Shown: positions 1 to 5,910 of the stretch, piece by piece | Numbering within the stretch: the first letter of the stretch is position 1 | Layout of the letters: every line of letters begins with the position of its first letter | Notes under the pieces: generated by a model | Seen by the model: only the letters and a program-made list of their open reading frames with translations | Database searches by the model: none | What the model was told of the DNA's origin: nothing | Made by a program: the position numbers and the translations under genes | IMG/VR virus record: IMGVR_UViG_2713897054_000014 | Coordinates: 1-5,910 of that record | Length of the DNA stretch: 5,910 nucleotides | Reading direction: 5' to 3' (one strand) | Origin: a virus | Taxonomy: Duplodnaviria; Heunggongvirae; Uroviricota; Caudoviricetes

Positions 1-1
1 T

Positions 2-890
<889 letters not shown>

Positions 891-894
<4 letters not shown>

Positions 895-1541
895 ACTCCA
901 CCTCCGTTAAACACTTTTTTACGGGCAGACAATGCACTGTCTGCCCCCTGTTTGATCCCAAGTTGCTCAACAAAACTCTGATAATGCTGCGCAGCCAGCC
1001 CCGATTCTGCGCCACCGGCAGCATCCTTACTGAAAGCACGAAACAACATCCAGTCCACCAGTGGGTTAACATAAGCCTCTTCCAGTGGAACTGGCGTATC
1101 ATCGTCCTGCGTCAGAACATACACTGCCTCCGGTATCCGGCTTACCACTGCATCAATACTTATCTCTTTATCAGGGGCAGGAAACAGCCAGAATACGCGC
1201 GGGGACAGGTCGTTGCTGATAAAACATTCAGGAATGCCCTTCATTGTGGGCCACTCGGGATACTGCGCATCCAGCACCTCCCGGGATAATGGTCTGACCG
1301 CGCTACCGTCACTGAGGCATATCACGTCAAGAAGTTGTATTACACCATCAGGCAAAACCTGACGTGCACCTGGAACACAACGGATTGTTTCCAGGCTTGC
1401 GCCAGCATCCGGTCTCGCCAGAATCACTGCCCTCACAGCATCATTGTAATAATCGCACAATTCCTGCAGGGGCCAGCGAACCATCATCGGGTCAACCAGT
1501 TGTGTATTCACACGTCCGATGATTTCTGTAATCGTCGTCAT
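891..1541 (-). CDS. Hypothetical phage virion protein (216 aa) immediately upstream of the tail fiber; function unassigned
   Basis: ATG at 1541-1539 overlaps the upstream stop (ATGA); GAGG lies 8 nt upstream; stop TGA 893-891 overlaps the fiber GTG start (GTGA). Same strand and tight coupling with the neighbouring structural genes. I recognise no family. Confidence 0.6.
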
Positions 1542-2104
1542 CAGTAAAACCTCTGCCTGCGTACAGGGTTGCGGTATGAAGAGTACGGGCTTGTCGCCAG
1601 TGTATGACGATATGCCCGACGGATCCCCTCAGAAAACTGCACAGAAAAATACTGTGCGCGTGACGGGTCCGACCATGAAACACCAGTCTGCATGAACAAC
1701 CGCTCAAGTGCCCCCGCAGCCACTTCTTCGGGCCATGTGAGGAGTTCATCCGGTATCTGGCTGCGTCCGGCTTTCGGAGCGACGGCATAAAGCACGCTCA
1801 CCTCACCGGGAGAACAGGCAAATCGCAGGGAGCGTCCGGAGCTGATATCCACATCCCGACCGACAAAAAGCTCATGATTATCGTCAGAGATACGGATGAT
1901 ATGAACGCACTCCTCATCATCTTTGTCATACGGAAGCACGATTTCTTTTCCTGCCACCGGTACAACAGTAACCTCCCGACGGCACACCAACGACTGGCGG
2001 CTGAATGCCACGGCAGCCATTGACAGAGCATCCGTCATCATAATGTTCAGTGGACCGCTGATATGACGACGGACATACGGTAAAAAATCACTCAGTTCCG
2101 CCAT
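1541..2104 (-). CDS. Hypothetical phage structural protein (188 aa), possibly a head-tail joining or adaptor component
   Basis: I take the start as the internal ATG at 2104-2102 (MAELSDFLPYV...) with GGAG 11 nt upstream. The track ORF extends to 2212, but that extension is Arg/Lys-rich and overlaps the upstream gene in another frame. Stop TGA is at 1543-1541. Confidence 0.55.
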   Translation of the reverse strand: MAELSDFLPYVRRHISGPLNIMMTDALSMAAVAFSRQSLVCRREVTVVPVAGKEIVLPYDKDDEECVHIIRISDDNHELFVGRDVDISSGRSLRFACSPGEVSVLYAVAPKAGRSQIPDELLTWPEEVAAGALERLFMQTGVSWSDPSRAQYFSVQFSEGIRRAYRHTLATSPYSSYRNPVRRQRFY

Positions 2105-2549
2105 GCTGTTCAGTCTCCGCAACACGACGGCGAAATGCCTCACGCACCCGGATACGGAATGCCTCAGCCGTTTCTTTCGGGTCTTTGTGAATATCCAGCT
2201 CTTCTGCCTCACACAGCGTCGCCAGCCGTGCTGAGGTGAGCTTACTTAAATCCACCTCCTGCCCGTTAACAGAAACAACAAAACTGTTCTCCGCTTCTGC
2301 CAGCGCAGCAAGCACTCTTTCCTGCGCCTGCTGTGCCTGCCGCAACTGCTCATTCTGTTGTTGCTTTTTCAGAACATCATCAAGCTCTTCATGACGAACC
2401 CAGACATCCGGAAACCCCAGCAGTTGCCAGGCCATCGCGCTGTCAACATGCACCGGCTCAAGACGTGGGAACAGCGTGCGACTTCCGGTAATGGTGTCCT
2501 TTTTCACGGGTTTTGGGCCGATATAGACAACGGCAATTTTCTCGCTCAT
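2088..2549 (-). CDS. Hypothetical phage structural protein (153 aa) with a central Q-rich coiled-coil segment
   Basis: ATG at 2549-2547 with GGGGA about 8 nt upstream; stop TGA 2090-2088; 17-nt overlap with the downstream gene start. Contains KKQQQNEQLRQAQQAQERVLAALAEAE. Position is between the capsid and tail genes. Confidence 0.6.
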   Translation of the reverse strand: MSEKIAVVYIGPKPVKKDTITGSRTLFPRLEPVHVDSAMAWQLLGFPDVWVRHEELDDVLKKQQQNEQLRQAQQAQERVLAALAEAENSFVVSVNGQEVDLSKLTSARLATLCEAEELDIHKDPKETAEAFRIRVREAFRRRVAETEQHGGTE

Positions 2550-2560
2550 ATAAATTCCCC

Positions 2561-2586
2561 GGATAAAAAGCCCGCATGACGCGGGC
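2561..2586 (-). terminator. Terminator-like or attenuator hairpin on the minus strand between the 129-aa gene and the 153-aa gene
   Basis: 6-bp all-GC stem (2570-2575 with 2581-2586) and a 5-nt loop, followed on the minus strand by TTTTTATCC. Confidence 0.45.
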
Positions 2587-2599
2587 CGGAAGGTTTTAA

Positions 2600-2989
2600 T
2601 CAGTATCCCACCACGGTATAACGCAGCAGAACATTCAGGGTGCCGGTTGCAGCGGCAGTCTTAATGGTGACAGTAACCAGCTCTCCGTCACGCTGTGTGG
2701 TGTACGGCTCCACTGGCACATATCTGGCAAATTTTGCAGAAACAGCTTCGCTGTTATCGATGAGAACATGCTCACCAGACTTAATGCTGACGCTTGCAGT
2801 ACCCAGACCGCCCGTTGAAACCAGCTGGAGTGAGTTGATACGGATGCCAACTGGCAGTGAGAGAAGATGAATAACACTGTCCGCTTCCGCAGCATTCACC
2901 GTAAATACGCCTTCTGCCACCGACTCATTACCGTGCGTGCCCGTATAGACCCGTTCACTCAGTGACGGGGCAAGAATAGTCTTTGCCAT
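2600..2989 (-). CDS. Small beta-rich capsid-associated protein (129 aa), candidate head decoration or cement protein
   Basis: ATG at 2989-2987 with GGAG 9 nt upstream; stop TGA 2602-2600. It lies directly downstream of the putative major capsid gene, is rich in Val/Thr/Ser/Gly with no low-complexity or coiled-coil stretch, and is bracketed by terminator-like hairpins. The functional call is an inference. Confidence 0.55.
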   Translation of the reverse strand: MAKTILAPSLSERVYTGTHGNESVAEGVFTVNAAEADSVIHLLSLPVGIRINSLQLVSTGGLGTASVSIKSGEHVLIDNSEAVSAKFARYVPVEPYTTQRDGELVTVTIKTAAATGTLNVLLRYTVVGY

Positions 2990-3000
2990 AATTAATGACT

Positions 3001-3027
3001 CCAGAAAAAGCCGGGCGAAAACCCGGC
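3001..3027 (-). terminator. Terminator-like or attenuator hairpin on the minus strand between the capsid gene and the 129-aa gene
   Basis: 6-bp all-GC stem (3010-3015 with 3022-3027) and a 6-nt loop, followed on the minus strand by TTTTTCTGG. It overlaps the Shine-Dalgarno region of the 129-aa gene. Confidence 0.45.
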
Positions 3028-3043
3028 ATGGGGAAAGGAAAAA

Positions 3044-4258
3044 TCAGAGCTTCACTGCGGTATCAACGGCAATCACGCCGTGATCCTGCATCTTGCCGCT
3101 CTTCTCGGGGAAACGGATTTTTTTCAGACCGTTGATCCAGCTGATTGCTATCTCAGTACGGTTATCCATATCCGTTTTCTTCTCAACCATGTTGAAGTGA
3201 CCGCCTGCCTTCTGACCGTAAGCATTTGCCAGCGCCTGAGCCCCCAGTAACATGGCGCGGTCAATATTGGTTGCAGCAGCGACCTCTTTCGTTGTTGCCG
3301 TCAGGTTATTCTCTGATACCAGAACCTTTGAACCCTGATAGAAACGGATCGGCATACCCGCATACTTACGAACCAGGATATTCCGCCACATCGCACATTC
3401 ACCTTTGAACAGCGGATGGTTAAAACCTTTTGCACGGTTCACGGCACGAACCATCATCTGGTTCCAGTCCTTCCCGGAAGTCGAGGTGTACCAGTCATTC
3501 CACTGACGCGGCGTGACGTACAGGACGTAATATGGATCTTCTCCGTGAAGTTCATCACCGGACAGACGAACCGGCTGTAACGGATGCGCCATTTCGTCAA
3601 TAAACAGGGAGAGATTGTCCACCAGGCCAATAGAAAAAATATCTGCCGCTTCGATCTGCTCAAAGCTTGTCGCATCACCGCCAAAAAAGTGACGGTCATG
3701 TGTCGGAGGCAGTACATCGTTGATCATGATTTTTTTGAATTCAGGGTGCTCCGCTGTCGGCAGAATAGTGTCGTCAGCAACAAAATCACCGCGAGCTCCA
3801 GCAAGATGCACTATCGCACACTGGTCCTGCAGGTCATTAAAGTACGTCCCCAGAAGCGTTCTGGCAGAGGATGCCAGGTTAAACTTCGTGCGCTGCTGAC
3901 TCATACGTCCGCCTGCATCCACCAGGTGACGTCCCTGATTGATTTTCAGGGAGAAGTCAGCATGGCTGAGATCCTCACCACGACCTTCAACACGCTCATC
4001 TCCCATCGTCGGACGTTTTGAGAGTTTGTGCATGATGCTGAAGGTCACTTCATCACCGGCCTGTTTGTTAAGGTCTGTGATACGGACAACCGGCGCACCC
4101 GCGCTGGTCTGCTTCGTGCTTTTCTTGTCCGGCGAAACCGCTTTTGGCGCTTCCTGCTGTTCAGTAAGGATATTAACCATCGAGCGGTTGCGGTTGGCAG
4201 CAGTAAAAAGCGCCACCTGATACAGCTTATTCGCCTGGGCTGATGTTACAGTCGTCAT
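3044..4258 (-). CDS. Putative major capsid protein (404 aa)
   Basis: ATG at 4258-4256 with a strong AAGGAG about 10 nt upstream. Its size and its position immediately after an acidic scaffold-like gene and before a small decoration-like gene fit a major capsid protein. It does not match the P22, T7 or HK97 capsid sequences I can recall, so the family is unknown. Confidence 0.6.
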   Translation of the reverse strand: MTTVTSAQANKLYQVALFTAANRNRSMVNILTEQQEAPKAVSPDKKSTKQTSAGAPVVRITDLNKQAGDEVTFSIMHKLSKRPTMGDERVEGRGEDLSHADFSLKINQGRHLVDAGGRMSQQRTKFNLASSARTLLGTYFNDLQDQCAIVHLAGARGDFVADDTILPTAEHPEFKKIMINDVLPPTHDRHFFGGDATSFEQIEAADIFSIGLVDNLSLFIDEMAHPLQPVRLSGDELHGEDPYYVLYVTPRQWNDWYTSTSGKDWNQMMVRAVNRAKGFNHPLFKGECAMWRNILVRKYAGMPIRFYQGSKVLVSENNLTATTKEVAAATNIDRAMLLGAQALANAYGQKAGGHFNMVEKKTDMDNRTEIAISWINGLKKIRFPEKSGKMQDHGVIAVDTAVKL

Positions 4259-4281
4259 TACTTCAGTACTCCTTCAGTAAG

Positions 4282-4932
4282 TTACCCGAGCTTCTCCAGA
4301 AGTGCGTCTATTTCAGCATTCGTCATACCGCGCATAATCGCCTCTGCCTCTGAATGCGAAGCGCCAAGTAACCGTTCAAAATTATCACCGGTTCCGACGG
4401 AGGCCGTGGTGCCTAAATCTGACGGGGAAGCTGGTACTGCCTGCTCCCGTTCAGCGGTCTTCACTTTCTCTTCCGCCGTTTTCCGGATATCCGTTTTGTC
4501 TGCCTGGTTGTCAGCAGACGACTCACTGACTTCACCGAAAGCAACCTGCGTACGACGGGCCACTTCAGCGAAACGTTCAGTGAGCGTTTTGTCTTTCCAT
4601 GCGGGGTCATTCTGGAGCTTCCCGTCGATGGATACAGCAACCGAGAAGCGATCCGGATCGGACTCCTGCCACGTTTTCAGCACCGGCACGGCATTCATCG
4701 CATCAAGAACCGGTGATAAATCCTCACCACCATTACCTTCTGCCTGCTGTGTTGATTGCTGAACACGGGACTGGAGATAGTTATTTTTACGGATGAGCGA
4801 AGCCACCGCGTCACCAATTTCCGGATACATCTCCCTGATACGGGCAATCTGCTCATCAGAAATTTTTTCGTTTTCCGGTAACGGTGTGGGCTTCATACCG
4901 GCCTGGTGGATCTGAGACGTCAGCAGTTCCAC
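4282..4932 (-). CDS. Putative scaffolding protein (helical, acidic); start uncertain (GTG 4932 or ATG 4896)
   Basis: Charged, predicted helical protein (EKISDEQIARIREMYPEIGDAVASLIRKNNYLQSRVQQ...KTAEEKVKTAEREQ) directly upstream of the capsid gene; stop TAA 4284-4282. Neither candidate start has a good Shine-Dalgarno, and the frame is open upstream to 4992, overlapping the end of the preceding ORF. Confidence 0.5.
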   Translation of the reverse strand: MELLTSQIHQAGMKPTPLPENEKISDEQIARIREMYPEIGDAVASLIRKNNYLQSRVQQSTQQAEGNGGEDLSPVLDAMNAVPVLKTWQESDPDRFSVAVSIDGKLQNDPAWKDKTLTERFAEVARRTQVAFGEVSESSADNQADKTDIRKTAEEKVKTAEREQAVPASPSDLGTTASVGTGDNFERLLGASHSEAEAIMRGMTNAEIDALLEKLG

Positions 4933-4949
4933 CCTGCGTTTTTCTTCAG

Positions 4950-5288
4950 CTATCTGCCACGAAGAAGTGCGGCTTCCTGTTCGGCCCGTTGCTTACCGGA
5001 ACGTTCAGCCTCAAGGACTTCATAGGGAATGACGTGTTTACCGTCGCGGGTGAGCACCCCCTTCGCTTCCGGCTCCTTCACGTCCTGCGCCTGCTCCACA
5101 CTGGCATCCGGCGTCGGTGCCACATTGTTATCGCCCGTCTGAGTCTGTGCTTCCTCATCCGCATTTTTTTCCGTGGTATCTTCCGTCACGACGTCCTGTG
5201 CGTGACTGTCAATATCCACATCCCCAAGTCCTTCCAGCATTTTTTCCAGTTGTTCCGGGGTTTCTTCACCCGTAAATTCAAAATCCAT
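4950..5288 (-). CDS. Highly acidic 112-aa protein; possibly the N-terminal part of a frameshifted scaffolding gene
   Basis: ATG at 5288-5286 with GGAG 8 nt upstream; Asp/Glu-rich sequence (MDFEFTGEETPEQLEKMLEGLGDVDID...); stop TAG 4952-4950. The downstream scaffold-like frame is the -1 frame and is open from 4992. Confidence 0.45.
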   Translation of the reverse strand: MDFEFTGEETPEQLEKMLEGLGDVDIDSHAQDVVTEDTTEKNADEEAQTQTGDNNVAPTPDASVEQAQDVKEPEAKGVLTRDGKHVIPYEVLEAERSGKQRAEQEAALLRGR

Positions 5289-5395
5289 AAATAACTCCGC
5301 ATGGTCTGTTTATCGGACAGATCCGAATGGTTGAGTAAATAAGGCTTATCGCTGCCCCCGCGAATAAGCGCACCGCTCCCGGAACGCTTACCTCC

Positions 5396-5427
5396 GGAAA
5401 CAAAAAACCCCGTACGATGACGGGGTT
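5396..5427 (-). terminator. Rho-independent terminator on the minus strand, 18 nt after the portal-like gene stop
   Basis: Perfect 8-bp stem (5406-5413 with 5420-5427; 6 bp are G-C) and a 6-nt loop. On the minus strand it is followed by TTTTTTGTTTCC (complement of 5396-5407). Confidence 0.6.
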
Positions 5428-5445
5428 CAGTTGAAGCCAGAGTTT

Positions 5446-5910
5446 TCAGAGCGACATTTCATTCATCCGCTGTTGTAACGTATACAGCATCTGTTGCTGA
5501 AGAACGTCCTGCTCCTGTTCCATATTCTGTATGCCGGTAATGATTTCTGCCGTATGTGCCTGGTTAAGCGCATCCACATAACGCTGCCCCTGTGTCAGGG
5601 CTACTTCCCGCTGTGCACTGGCATTATCCCGTTGTGCAGCAGCATGTGCCCTGGCGGCGTCAGCTTCCAGTTTTGCCACTCTGCCAGCCATCTCGCGCAT
5701 CTGGAGTTCTGCCTGTTGTTGCTGAAGTGCCTGTTGTTGTGCCGCTACTTCCTGTTCTTCCGGCGTCATTTCATCCGGTGATTTTGGCGTCCCCAGCGCA
5801 GCACGAATACGCTCAACAAACTCCTGTTTCTGCGGCACATCCAGAAGATTAACCCACAGGTCGAGCACAACAGCCTGCACCTGAGGCGGCAGCCCCTGAA
5901 TAACCTCTGA
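5446..5910 (-). CDS. C-terminal part of a larger structural protein (possibly portal) with a Q-rich coiled-coil tail; partial, continues beyond the window end
   Basis: The frame is open from the window edge (SEVIQGLPPQVQAVVLDLW...) to TGA 5448-5446; the track start at 5880 is only an internal GTG. The C-terminus is strongly helical and Q-rich (AAQQQALQQQQAELQMREMAGRVAKLEADAARAHAAAQ). It sits upstream of the scaffold and capsid genes, where portal genes usually lie. The portal call is an inference. Confidence 0.4.
   Translation of the reverse strand, partial: SEVIQGLPPQVQAVVLDLWVNLLDVPQKQEFVERIRAALGTPKSPDEMTPEEQEVAAQQQALQQQQAELQMREMAGRVAKLEADAARAHAAAQRDNASAQREVALTQGQRYVDALNQAHTAEIITGIQNMEQEQDVLQQQMLYTLQQRMNEMSL

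Noticed and set aside
1335-2031. ORFs 1335..1547 (+), 1492..1788 (-) and 1798..2031 (-)
   Set aside because: They overlap the better-supported 188-aa and 216-aa genes in other frames or on the other strand, are short, and lack convincing translation signals.
1541-2212. Full 223-aa extent of the minus-strand ORF, including the N-terminal extension MRQKSWIFTKTRKKRLRH...
   Set aside because: The extension overlaps the last 41 codons of the upstream 153-aa gene in another frame and is implausibly basic. The internal ATG at 2104 has a GGAG upstream and gives a sensible N-terminus.
2358-2895. ORFs 2358..2579 (+), 2635..2895 (-) and 2640..2870 (+)
   Set aside because: They are embedded in or antisense to the 153-aa and 129-aa genes; alternative-frame artefacts.
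3226-4243. ORFs inside the capsid gene: 3226..3408 (+), 3454..3717 (-), 3584..4021 (+), 3939..4220 (+) and 4028..4243 (+)
   Set aside because: All lie within the 404-aa capsid ORF in other frames or antisense. The capsid frame is the only one with a strong Shine-Dalgarno and a full-length open frame.
5289-5400. Possible sigma-70 promoter for the head genes in the 157-bp spacer
   Set aside because: The best hexamers (TTTACT / 18 nt / GATAAA on the minus strand) are weak, and late genes of lambdoid phages are usually expressed by antitermination, not internal promoters. It is mentioned only as a possibility in a finding.
4406-5852. Plus-strand ORFs 4406..4762, 4599..4796, 4884..5294, 5494..5781 and 5592..5852
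   Set aside because: They are antisense to the scaffold-like and portal-like genes; 4884..5294 spans the frameshift junction only because the opposite strand is open there. No independent support.

Overview
This window looks like the head-to-fiber part of a late (structural) operon from a lambdoid-type enterobacterial prophage, entirely on the minus strand, abutting the right end of an IS3-family insertion sequence at its left edge (1..246). Reading the minus strand from 5910 down, I see: the C-terminal Q-rich coiled-coil end of a large protein that continues beyond the window (possibly portal); a strong intrinsic terminator; a very acidic 112-aa ORF and a scaffold-like ORF that are out of frame with each other; a 404-aa probable major capsid protein; a 129-aa beta-rich protein flanked by two terminator-like hairpins; three small coupled genes of 153, 188 and 216 aa; and the N-terminal roughly 216 codons of a lambda Stf-like side tail fiber. 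The IS end truncates that fiber gene, which then runs 12 codons into IS sequence before stopping. All product calls rest on composition, gene order and my recollection of protein families, not on any search. I found no RNA genes, CRISPR arrays, toxin-antitoxin pairs or recognisable defense genes; the points worth a second look are the IS-disrupted fiber, the split scaffold region, the internal terminators and the unusually short capsid-to-fiber distance. The plus-strand ORFs in the supplied track all lie antisense to the longer minus-strand genes and I treat them as spurious, apart from the transposase fragment.
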